Part shown: positions 17,082 through 25,206 of the stretch, in pieces
Layout of the letters: every line of letters starts with the position of its first letter
Position numbering within the stretch: position 1 is the first letter of the stretch
From: an uncultured Christensenellaceae bacterium
Lineage (GTDB): Bacteria; Bacillota; Clostridia; Christensenellales; UBA3700
Reading direction: 5' to 3'
NCBI GenBank assembly: GCA_944383905.1
Contig: CALWRI010000003.1
Coordinates: 48,845-112,844 of the forward strand
Length of the DNA: 64,000 nucleotides
Position numbers and translations under genes: made by a program
Notes under the pieces: model-generated
The model's input: only the letters and a program-made list of their open reading frames with translations
Databases searched by the model: none
Told to the model about the DNA's origin: nothing

Positions 17082-17984
17082 ATGAAAGCAGGATTCGTGA
17101 CAATAGCGGGCAAACCAAATTCAGGCAAATCCACGCTCACCAACGCGCTTGTCGGCGAAAAGGTCAGTATCGTCTCGAGAAAGCCGCAGACCACCCGCAA
17201 CAGGGTCATCGGCATAGTGAACGGGGAGAAGGACGGAGAAAAATACCAGGCGGTCCTCGTGGATACGCCGGGCATACACAAACCGCGCAATATGCTGTCC
17301 GAGTTTATGATGAAAAGCGTGGACGTCGCGCTCGAAGGCGTGGACGCCGTGATATACATGATTGCCTGCGACAAGAAGCAGGACGAGCACGACGACGCGT
17401 ATGTCAGACGTTTCGCAAAGAGCAAAGTCCCTTTCATTCTCGTCGTCAACAAGTGCGACGAGGTAGAGGAAACTGCGATCGTCGAGCGTATAGAGAGATA
17501 CAAGGACGTCGAGGGCATACAGGCGATCATACCCGTGTCCGCGCTCAAGGGCAAAAACGTGGATATGGTGCTGGACGAGATCGTCAAGGCGTTGCCCGAT
17601 GGCGAGCCGTTCTATTCGGAAGATCTTTACACGGACAGAAGCTTGCGTTTCCTTGTCGCGGAAATAGTCAGAGAAAAGGCGTTGAGACTGCTCGGAGACG
17701 AAGTGCCTTACGGCATCGGAGTTTCAGTCAACAAGTTCGAGGAGAGAGAAGACGGAGTCACGGAGATCGACTGCGACGTCGTTTGCGAAAAGCAGGCGCA
17801 CAAGGCGATCGTGATAGGAAAGGGCGGGGAGATGATTAAAAAGATCTCCACGAGCGCCCGCGTCGATATGGAAAACCTCATCGGAGCAAAGGTCTTTCTT
17901 ACTCTTTACGTCCGCGTAAAACCCGACTGGCGCGACAGCAAAGCGGTAATGAACGAGTTGGGGTACGACAAAAAGAATTTATAA
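17082..17984 (+). CDS. era: GTPase Era
   Basis: G1 motif GKPNSGKSTL, DTPG, NKCD, and a C-terminal KH domain. Confidence 0.93.
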   Translation: MKAGFVTIAGKPNSGKSTLTNALVGEKVSIVSRKPQTTRNRVIGIVNGEKDGEKYQAVLVDTPGIHKPRNMLSEFMMKSVDVALEGVDAVIYMIACDKKQDEHDDAYVRRFAKSKVPFILVVNKCDEVEETAIVERIERYKDVEGIQAIIPVSALKGKNVDMVLDEIVKALPDGEPFYSEDLYTDRSLRFLVAEIVREKALRLLGDEVPYGIGVSVNKFEEREDGVTEIDCDVVCEKQAHKAIVIGKGGEMIKKISTSARVDMENLIGAKVFLTLYVRVKPDWRDSKAVMNELGYDKKNL

Positions 17985-18044
17985 ATAACGTCTTTCGGCG
18001 TATATTTGCCTTTTGATTGCAGATACCATTTACGGAAGGTGAAC

Positions 18045-18146
18045 ATGCAAGATTTAAGGCATACGCTCAAAAGACTTTTTCAGAGTACCGGAGAAATAAG
18101 ATACTATCTTATGCTCAAGGCGCTTGAAGATGAAGAAAAAGAATAG
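18045..18146 (+). CDS. yqzL: YqzL-like small protein (33 aa), absent from the ORF track
   Basis: MQDLRHTLKRLFQSTGEIRYYLMLKALEDEEKE with GGAAGGTG upstream. It sits exactly between era and recO, like B. subtilis yqzL. The motif ...TG.I..YL.LK.LE... matches my recollection of the family. Confidence 0.6.
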   Translation: MQDLRHTLKRLFQSTGEIRYYLMLKALEDEEKE

Positions 18147-18204
18147 ACGGCGACATTTGCGTTATTTCGCGCAGGCGATCGATACGGGATAAGCCGCAAG
18201 AGGT

Positions 18205-18753
18205 GTGCACTTGGATATTGTGAGCTTGGACGGTCTTTGCATAAGGGCGACCGATTACAAAGACAACGACAAACTTATCACCTTATATTGTGCGGAGAAG
18301 GGCAAGATAACCGCGACGGCAAAGGGCGTTAAAAGCGTCAAAGCCAAGCTCAAATTTTGCGCTTCTCCTTTTTGCTTCGGCAAATATCAGCTCGCTGCGA
18401 AAAACGGCAGATACACCGTGGCGGGCTGCGACGTCTACGACGGATTTTTTTCCCTGACGTCGGATATAGAGAGTTATTATGCGGGAGGCTGCGTGCTAGA
18501 AGTCCTCGACAAGACGACCGCGGAAGGAGACTTTTTGGGAGAGCTTTTCACCTCGGCTTTAAGGACTCTCAACGAGCTGTGTTACGGGACGGACGGCACT
18601 GATTGCCGCGTCGTGCTCGGGAACTTTCTTAAAGAGGCGGTCAGGGCGCTCGGCTTCGGAGAAAAGGAGATGACGCTGGCGGAATACCCGAGATATTTTT
18701 CCGGCGTTCTCGGAGTGAGACTCAATTCTCTCAACGAGTTGCTCAGACTCTGA
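18205..18753 (+). CDS. recO: DNA repair protein RecO, short form (182 aa)
   Basis: N-terminal OB-fold-like sequence (...ATDYKDNDKLITLYCAEKGKITATAKG...) in the post-era position. GTG start. No CxxC zinc-finger module is present. Confidence 0.7.
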   Translation: MHLDIVSLDGLCIRATDYKDNDKLITLYCAEKGKITATAKGVKSVKAKLKFCASPFCFGKYQLAAKNGRYTVAGCDVYDGFFSLTSDIESYYAGGCVLEVLDKTTAEGDFLGELFTSALRTLNELCYGTDGTDCRVVLGNFLKEAVRALGFGEKEMTLAEYPRYFSGVLGVRLNSLNELLRL

Positions 18754-18930
18754 AAGTGCACAACGTCAGTCGCAAATTGTCTGAAATGATGGTAGTTTTT
18801 CAAGCTCCGAATTTTTTTTACGCATATACGCGCATTTTTTTGTATATAATATAGTTTTTGCAGTTTTCCGCTTGAAAAAATCTTTTCTATATTGTATCAT
18901 ATTGTTGTAATTTACAACAGGAGGTTTGAT

Positions 18931-21600
18931 ATGACAAAATATGTCTATTTGTTCAAAGAAGCCGACGGCGATAATAAGGCGTTGTTCGGCGGAAAAGGTG
19001 CCAACCTTGCAAAGATGACGAGTTGGGGCATGCCGGTTCCGGAAGGCTTCACCATCACCACCGAGGCTTGTACCAAATATTACGACGACGGAGAGAAAAT
19101 CTCGGACGACGTCATCGATCAGATTTTCGACGCCCTCGCTAAAGTCGAAAAAGAGGCGGGCAAGAAATTCGGCGATGAGGAAAATCCGTTCCTCGTATCC
19201 GTTCGTTCGGGCGCGAGAGCGTCGATGCCGGGCATGATGGATACCATCCTCAACCTCGGTCTCAACGACATCTCCGTCAAGGGTCTTGCGAGAAAGACCG
19301 GCAATCCGCGTTTCGCTTACGACTGCTACCGCAGATTTATACAGATGTTCTCCGACGTCGTTATGGGTTCCCCCAAGAGCTCCTTCGAAAAGATCATTGA
19401 CGAGCTCAAACACGAGAAAGGCGTCGTTCAGGATACGGAGCTTACCGCAGAAGACCTGCAGGAGCTCATCGCTAAATTCAAGAGATTCTACAAAGAGGAT
19501 CAGGGAGACGATTTCCCGCAGGATCCCAAGGTTCAGCTCATCGAAGCCGTCAAGGCGGTTTTCCGCAGCTGGAACAACCCGCGCGCTATCGTATACCGTC
19601 GTATGAACGATATCCCCGGCAGCTGGGGTACCGCTGTCAACGTCCAGTCGATGGTTTTCGGCAATATGGGCGACACCTCCGGCACCGGCGTTGCGTTTAC
19701 CCGTGACCCGTCTACCGGCGAAAAGAGACTTTACGGCGAATATCTGATGAACGCACAGGGCGAAGACGTCGTCGCAGGTATCCGTACCCCGATGAAGATC
19801 GACCAGCTCAAAGAGAGCAACAAAGCGGTTTACGACCAGTTTGTAAAGATCGCAAACCGTCTCGAGCAGGAAAACAAGGATATGCAGGATATGGAGTTCA
19901 CCATCGAACAGGGCAAGCTCTATATGCTCCAGACCAGAAACGGCAAGAGAACGGCGAGAGCTGCGATCAAGATCGCTTGCGACCTCGTCGACGAAGGCAT
20001 GATCACCAAGCAGGAAGCTCTCCTCAAAATCGAGCCCAAGCAGCTCGACGCGCTCCTGCATCCGACCTTCGATCCCGCTACCCTGAAGAAGGTAAAAGAG
20101 ATCTCCAGCGGTCTCCCGGCATCCCCCGGCGCGGCTTGCGGCAAGATCTCATTCAGCGCGGAAGAAGCTGTTGAGAGAGCGAAGAACGGCGAAAAGGTCG
20201 TCCTCGTCAGACTCGAGACCTCTCCCGAGGATATCGAAGGTATGTATGCCGCAGAAGGCGTACTGACCGCGAGAGGCGGCATGACCTCCCACGCGGCGGT
20301 CGTTGCGAGAGGTATGGGCGCGTGCTGCGTTGCGGGTTGCCCCGACCTCAAGATCGACGAAGAGAAAAAGTTGCTTTACATCAACGGCAAGAAGTTCACG
20401 ACAGAGGATTATCTCTCGCTGGACGGCTCTACCGGTAAGATCTACGCGGAGAAACTCCCGACCCAGCAGGCTACCGTTACCGGCGACTTTGCAAAGATTA
20501 TGGATTGGGCAGACCTCAACCGCGCTTTGCAGGTCCGCACCAACGCGGATACTCCTCACGACGCAGAAGTAGCCGTCGGCTTCGGAGCGGAAGGCATCGG
20601 CCTTTGCCGTACCGAGCATATGTTCTTCGCCGAAGACAGGATTCCCGCGGTCAGAGAGATGATCGTTTCCAAGACGGAGACCGAACGCCGCAGAGCACTC
20701 GACAAGCTCCTGCCTATGCAGAGAAGCGACTTCGAAGGCCTCTACAAGGCTTTGAAGGGCAGACCCGTTACCATCCGTTTCCTGGATCCGCCGCTCCACG
20801 AGTTCGTACCGCACAAGGACGAGGAGATAGCAGATCTCGCAAAGACGATGGGTCTCACTTTCGAAGAGCTCAAGCAGACCGTTGAGAACCTGCACGAATT
20901 CAACCCGATGATGGGTCACAGAGGCTGTCGTCTCAGCGTTACCTATCCCGAGATCGCGGAGATGCAGACCAGAGCGGTCATCGAAGCGGCAATCAACGTA
21001 AGCAAGAGCGAAGGCTTCAGCGTTATCCCCGAGATAATGATCCCGCTTGTCGGCGAAGTCAAAGAGCTCAAGTACGTCAAAGACGTCGTCGTGGCTACCG
21101 CAGAGAAGGTCCTCAAAGAGAACAACACCGCTATGGAATATCACATCGGCACGATGATCGAGATCCCGAGAGCGGCTCTCACCGCAGACGAGATCGCGAA
21201 AGAGGCGGAGTTCTTCTCCTTCGGTACCAACGACCTGACCCAGATGACCTACGGCTTCTCGCGTGACGATGCAGGCAAGTTCCTCAACGACTATTACGCA
21301 AAGAAGATATTCGAGTCCGATCCGTTTGCGAAACTCGACCAGGTGGGCGTCGGCAGACTCATGCAGATCGCTATCGCAGGCGGCAAGAAGACCAGACCCA
21401 ATATCAAGCTGGGTATATGCGGCGAACACGGCGGCGATCCGTCGACCATCGAATTCTGCCACAACATCGGTCTGACTTACGTTTCCTGCTCGCCCTTCCG
21501 CGTACCGATCGCAAGACTTGCGGCTGCACAGGCTAATATCCTGAACCCGAGAGTCAAGAAGACCAACGCAGACGGCACCAGATACATTCAGGAAAACTGA
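18931..21600 (+). CDS. ppdK: Pyruvate, phosphate dikinase
   Basis: MTKYVYLF...GGKGANLAEM-like N-terminus, phospho-His loop TARGGMTSHAAVVARG, and C-terminal GICGEHGGDP. An AGGAGG ribosome-binding site precedes ATG 18931. Confidence 0.95.
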   Translation: MTKYVYLFKEADGDNKALFGGKGANLAKMTSWGMPVPEGFTITTEACTKYYDDGEKISDDVIDQIFDALAKVEKEAGKKFGDEENPFLVSVRSGARASMPGMMDTILNLGLNDISVKGLARKTGNPRFAYDCYRRFIQMFSDVVMGSPKSSFEKIIDELKHEKGVVQDTELTAEDLQELIAKFKRFYKEDQGDDFPQDPKVQLIEAVKAVFRSWNNPRAIVYRRMNDIPGSWGTAVNVQSMVFGNMGDTSGTGVAFTRDPSTGEKRLYGEYLMNAQGEDVVAGIRTPMKIDQLKESNKAVYDQFVKIANRLEQENKDMQDMEFTIEQGKLYMLQTRNGKRTARAAIKIACDLVDEGMITKQEALLKIEPKQLDALLHPTFDPATLKKVKEISSGLPASPGAACGKISFSAEEAVERAKNGEKVVLVRLETSPEDIEGMYAAEGVLTARGGMTSHAAVVARGMGACCVAGCPDLKIDEEKKLLYINGKKFTTEDYLSLDGSTGKIYAEKLPTQQATVTGDFAKIMDWADLNRALQVRTNADTPHDAEVAVGFGAEGIGLCRTEHMFFAEDRIPAVREMIVSKTETERRRALDKLLPMQRSDFEGLYKALKGRPVTIRFLDPPLHEFVPHKDEEIADLAKTMGLTFEELKQTVENLHEFNPMMGHRGCRLSVTYPEIAEMQTRAVIEAAINVSKSEGFSVIPEIMIPLVGEVKELKYVKDVVVATAEKVLKENNTAMEYHIGTMIEIPRAALTADEIAKEAEFFSFGTNDLTQMTYGFSRDDAGKFLNDYYAKKIFESDPFAKLDQVGVGRLMQIAIAGGKKTRPNIKLGICGEHGGDPSTIEFCHNIGLTYVSCSPFRVPIARLAAAQANILNPRVKKTNADGTRYIQEN

Positions 21601-21661
21601 TAACGTCAAAACAAAACGAGACCGTCGCCCGAAAGGGCGGCGCAAGGTGAAAAACGCGATA

Positions 21662-21697
21662 AACGGCATAATCTTTCGTGGTTATGCCGTTTTTTTA
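21662..21697 (+). terminator. Intrinsic terminator after ppdK
   Basis: 10-bp stem AACGGCATAA ... TTATGCCGTT followed by a T7 run. Confidence 0.8.
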
Positions 21698-21880
21698 TTA
21701 GTTTTAGTTGTTTATACGGGTTTTGTCCGCTTACAAACGGTTTTACCGCTTTTCGTATCGGCGAAACTTTTTATACGTTAACAAAGAATTGAGGCGGGAT
21801 TTTGCAAGATTTGATTTGATTTGTCGAGTAAAATTTAGATAATTAAGTAAAAATAATAAATATATTGCCAATCAAAAATA

Positions 21881-21894
21881 CGAACAAATGTTTG
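21881..21894. promoter_or_regulatory. LexA (Cheo/SOS) box upstream of dinB
   Basis: CGAACAAATGTTTG compared with the Gram-positive consensus CGAACnnnnGTTCG. It overlaps the -35-like TTTGCA. Confidence 0.6.
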
Positions 21895-21920
21895 CATTTT
21901 TACAATATATATAGTATCAT
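21891..21920 (+). promoter_or_regulatory. Candidate dinB promoter with leaderless geometry
   Basis: TTTGCA-N18-TATCAT, then 6 nt to ATG 21927. No SD is present. Other -10-like hexamers lie nearby, so the assignment is tentative. Confidence 0.4.
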
Positions 21921-21926
21921 ATAGAT

Positions 21927-23153
21927 ATGAAAACGATATTGCATTGCGACGCCAACAACTTTTACGCGTCGGTCGAGTGTTATCTCAATCCGTCGCTCCG
22001 AGGGAAGTTCGTAGCCGTTTCGGGCAATCCCGAAAAGCGGCACGGCATAATTCTCGCAAAAAACCAGGCGGCGAAAAAATGCGGGGTAAAGACGGGGGAG
22101 ACGATCTGGCAGGCAAAGCAGAAGTGCCCCGATCTCGTCTGCGTTCCTCCGCACTTTGACACTTACGTCGATTTCAGCAACAGGATATTCGATATATATT
22201 CGCAGTACACCGACAGGGTGCAACCGTTCGGTATTGACGAATGCTGGCTGGACGTCACCGGATCAAAGCGGCTTTTCGGAGACGGCAGGACGATTGCGGA
22301 TACTTTGCGGGAGAGGATAAAAAGAGAGATCGGAGTGACGATCTCCGTCGGGGTATCTTTTACCAAGATATTCGCAAAGCTGGGCAGCGATATGAAAAAG
22401 CCCGACGCTACCACCGTCATAACTCCCGAAAATTTCAGGGATCTGGTCTGGAAGCTGGATTGCGCCGACCTTCTTATGATCGGACGCAGGACGGCGGAAA
22501 AACTGCACAAGATCGGCATATTCACGATCGGAGATCTTGCCAATACCGACGTTGAAATACTGCGCAGACTCCTCGGCGTGAACGGTGTGAAACTGCACGA
22601 AAGCGCCAACGGCATAGAGGATGACGAAGTCAGGTACAGTTATGAAAAGTACGTCCCGAAAAGCGTGGGAAATTCTACGACTCTGCCCGCGGACGTCAGT
22701 ACGAGAGAGCAGCTGTGCGCCGTCGTCTTCGCGCTTTGCGAAATGGTCGCCACGAGAATGAGAAAGCACGGATTTGTGGGCGAAGGGATAGGCATCGGGC
22801 TTCGTTTCAACGATTTGTCGCATATCGGCAAACAGAGCGCCATGCCGCCCACTGACAGCGCGATGCAGCTTTGCGACTGCGCGATGAGCCTTGTCGACAA
22901 GATATATACTTTCGGCAAAGATCTCCCCGTCAGGGCGGTCTCGGTCGGGGTTTTCGATCTGCTTACGCAGGGATCGGAAAGACAGACGAGCATTTTTGAC
23001 AGCGAAGAAATGCACGGGCACTCTCTCGGCACTGCGCTCGACAAGATACGCTCCAGATACGGCTACAATTCCATCCTGTCCGCTTCGGTATTGCAGAACG
23101 CGGTGATATGCGACGGTCTTGAGGACAGCGATTTTCAGCCTTTCAAAAAATAA
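21927..23153 (+). CDS. dinB: Y-family DNA polymerase IV
   Basis: N-terminal ILHCDANNFYASVE and ...SIDECWLDVT... An SOS box lies upstream. Confidence 0.9.
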   Translation: MKTILHCDANNFYASVECYLNPSLRGKFVAVSGNPEKRHGIILAKNQAAKKCGVKTGETIWQAKQKCPDLVCVPPHFDTYVDFSNRIFDIYSQYTDRVQPFGIDECWLDVTGSKRLFGDGRTIADTLRERIKREIGVTISVGVSFTKIFAKLGSDMKKPDATTVITPENFRDLVWKLDCADLLMIGRRTAEKLHKIGIFTIGDLANTDVEILRRLLGVNGVKLHESANGIEDDEVRYSYEKYVPKSVGNSTTLPADVSTREQLCAVVFALCEMVATRMRKHGFVGEGIGIGLRFNDLSHIGKQSAMPPTDSAMQLCDCAMSLVDKIYTFGKDLPVRAVSVGVFDLLTQGSERQTSIFDSEEMHGHSLGTALDKIRSRYGYNSILSASVLQNAVICDGLEDSDFQPFKK

Positions 23154-23216
23154 AAAACGGCGGGCAGACGCGCCCGTTGAAAGACGCTCTCGGAAAAGGG
23201 CGTATTTTATTGCCAG

Positions 23217-23250
23217 ATTGTAAACTTGTTTTGTCAATTCGGTTTACAAT
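23217..23250. promoter_or_regulatory. BirA (biotin repressor) operator overlapping a -35-like TTTACA
   Basis: Perfect 9-bp inverted repeat ATTGTAAAC-N16-GTTTACAAT, about 40 nt upstream of the bioY-bioB ORF. It matches the TGTAAAC...GTTTACA architecture of known bio operators. TTTACA-N17-TAATAT follows. Confidence 0.75.
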
Positions 23251-23289
23251 CACGCGCAGATATGATAATATTGTCTGCGGAGACAAGTT

Positions 23290-24819
23290 ATGGCAAAAAT
23301 GCGTTTGCAATCAAGGGAAAGATTGAAAAAACTTATGTTGACGGCGACGTTCACCGCGCTGATAACGGTGGGAGCGTTCATAAAGATACCTATCATGACG
23401 GTGCCGTTTACGATGCAGTTTCTGTTCTGCAATCTGGCGGGCATATTGCTCGGCGCAAAATACGGCACGCTCGCCGTGGCGCTTTATCTCGCGCTCGGAC
23501 TGTCCGGGGTGCCGCTGTTTACGGGCGGAGGCGGGATAGGATACGTCTTTCAACCCACGTTCGGTTGCCTGATCGGGTTCGCGGTCGGGGCTATGGTCGC
23601 AGCGCTGATATGTTCGCGCGGCAGATATTCGTATCCGCGCATGATCGCGGCGGGCGTTGTCAACGTGTTCATCGTCTATTCTCTCGGAATGATATATTAC
23701 GCGCTGATGATGAAATACTATTTCGGCACGCCGAAGGAAGCGGGATGGATAATCGTCAACTTCTGTCTGATTTTCCTGCCGATGGATTTCGTATGGTGCG
23801 CGGTTTCCGCCGTCGTCGCCAAGCGGGTATTGCCGCTCCTTTACAAGAACGATCCGGAAAAGATGCTTCGCATAAGCACGTTGTACGAGTTGAAATGCAA
23901 GGTTCTGAACGGCGGCGAGATCACATACAAAGAGGCGAAAAGGCTGAAATACGTTTCGCTCGGAGCCCTGTGCGCGGCGGCGGACGAAATAAGGGAGCGG
24001 TTTTGCAAAGACGCGTTCGACCTGTGCGCGATAGTCAACGCAAAGAGCGGCGGATGCGGCGAAGACTGCAAGTTCTGCGCGCAGTCGGCGCATTACGGCA
24101 GCAAGGAGAGGGGAGAACTGATAAGCAGCGAAGAATACGACAGAGCGTATGCGGCGGCGGAGAGCGCGGGAGTAGCGGCGCTCGGAGCGGTCACGGCGGG
24201 ACGCGCGCTTTCGGACGCGGAGATCGACGCGGCGTGCAGACTTTACAAGGCGCACGAAGGCGGCAAGGTAGAAAGGTGCGTATCTCACGGACTTCTTTCC
24301 GAGAAGCAGATAAAAAGGCTGAAAGACAGCGGCGTAACGCGCCTGCACAATAATCTCGAGACCTGCGAAGGATATTTTCATAAAGTGTGCACAACGCACA
24401 CGCACGCGCAAAAACTGCAAACGGTTCGCGCCGCGAAAGAAGCGGGATTGAAGGTTTGCAGCGGCGGCATAATAGGTCTCGGAGAGAGCATGAACGACAG
24501 GATAAAACTTGCTTTCGAATTGAGAAACGAGGGCGTTTTCTCTGTGCCGATAAACATACTCGACCCACGCAAAGGCACGCCTTGCGAAAACGCGAAACCT
24601 ATTTCTTACGACGAGATCAGGCGTACCGTGGCGATATTCAGATTTATATTGCCTGACGTCTTCATAAGACTCGCGGCGGGCAGACGCGAACTTTCCGACA
24701 AGGGCGAAAAGCTGTTCAGGGGCGGAGCGAACGCGGCGATAACCGGAGACTTTCTGACCGTCAAGGGCGTGTCGGTCAATGACGACGTAGTATGTTTTCA
24801 GAGAAAAAATTCAAGATAG
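23290..24819 (+). CDS. bioB: Fusion protein: BioY biotin-transporter S-component (N-terminal) plus biotin synthase BioB (C-terminal)
   Basis: A single 509-codon ORF. Residues about 1-185 are hydrophobic and BioY-like (FTMQFLFCNLAGILLG, GGGGIGYVFQPTFGCLIGF). Residues about 190-509 carry radical-SAM CGEDCKFC, LKVCSGGIIGLGES and IRLAAGRR. A BirA operator lies upstream. Confidence 0.85.
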   Translation: MAKMRLQSRERLKKLMLTATFTALITVGAFIKIPIMTVPFTMQFLFCNLAGILLGAKYGTLAVALYLALGLSGVPLFTGGGGIGYVFQPTFGCLIGFAVGAMVAALICSRGRYSYPRMIAAGVVNVFIVYSLGMIYYALMMKYYFGTPKEAGWIIVNFCLIFLPMDFVWCAVSAVVAKRVLPLLYKNDPEKMLRISTLYELKCKVLNGGEITYKEAKRLKYVSLGALCAAADEIRERFCKDAFDLCAIVNAKSGGCGEDCKFCAQSAHYGSKERGELISSEEYDRAYAAAESAGVAALGAVTAGRALSDAEIDAACRLYKAHEGGKVERCVSHGLLSEKQIKRLKDSGVTRLHNNLETCEGYFHKVCTTHTHAQKLQTVRAAKEAGLKVCSGGIIGLGESMNDRIKLAFELRNEGVFSVPINILDPRKGTPCENAKPISYDEIRRTVAIFRFILPDVFIRLAAGRRELSDKGEKLFRGGANAAITGDFLTVKGVSVNDDVVCFQRKNSR

Positions 24820-25082
24820 ACGACGGGTTTTGCGGTTTTGACATCGTATTTTATTGCGCTTTGACGGACGAGTCCCGTAAAGTCTGTATTGAAAAAATAA
24901 CAGACTTAACAAAACAATTATAAAAAATACGGGGAGTCAGAGACGACGGCGTCATACTCGATATGTGAAGTTCTATGGCGTTTCTGCGACGGCGTGATTT
25001 TCGTTGCCAACGATCGCGCTTGCCGTTGGCGTGTTTTATACTGTTGTTTACTTGGTAAAAACAAAATAACCGTCGGATTTTA

Positions 25083-25111
25083 TGCGGACCATTAAAGGTC
25101 CGCAATTTTTA
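25083..25111 (+). terminator. Orphan intrinsic terminator in the bioB-galU gap
   Basis: TGCGGACC-attaaa-GGTCCGCA followed by ATTTTTA. It lies about 265 nt after the bioB stop, with no convincing ORF in between. Confidence 0.6.
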
Positions 25112-25206
25112 TAAATCATATAACTTTATTTACAAAACGCATAAAATATAGTATAGTAAAAATATAGAAGGATTCCGCATTGCAGATGCGGTAAAAAGGA
25201 AGGATT

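Noticed and set aside
21623-21642. The GC hairpin CGTCGCCC-gaaa-GGGCGGCG directly after ppdK, considered as a terminator
   Set aside because: It has no U-tract. The real terminator, with a T7 run, follows at 21662-21697.
18766-21669. Two long minus-strand ORFs (431 aa and 506 aa) antisense to ppdK
   Set aside because: These are antisense artefacts opposite a gene with clear PPDK signatures.
23153-23184. An imperfect hairpin after dinB, considered as a terminator
   Set aside because: The stem has mismatches and no T-tract follows, so I do not call it.
23226-24420. Arg-rich alternative-frame ORFs of 375 aa (+) and 369 aa (-) overlapping bioY-bioB
   Set aside because: These are out-of-frame or antisense readings of a gene with clear BioY and BioB motifs. 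Their extreme Arg/Gly content is typical of off-frame GC-rich translation.
24851-25105. An 84-aa minus-strand ORF in the bioB-galU gap
   Set aside because: It has no ribosome-binding site or promoter and its composition is odd. It runs through the + strand hairpins and the terminator. I treat the region as non-coding.
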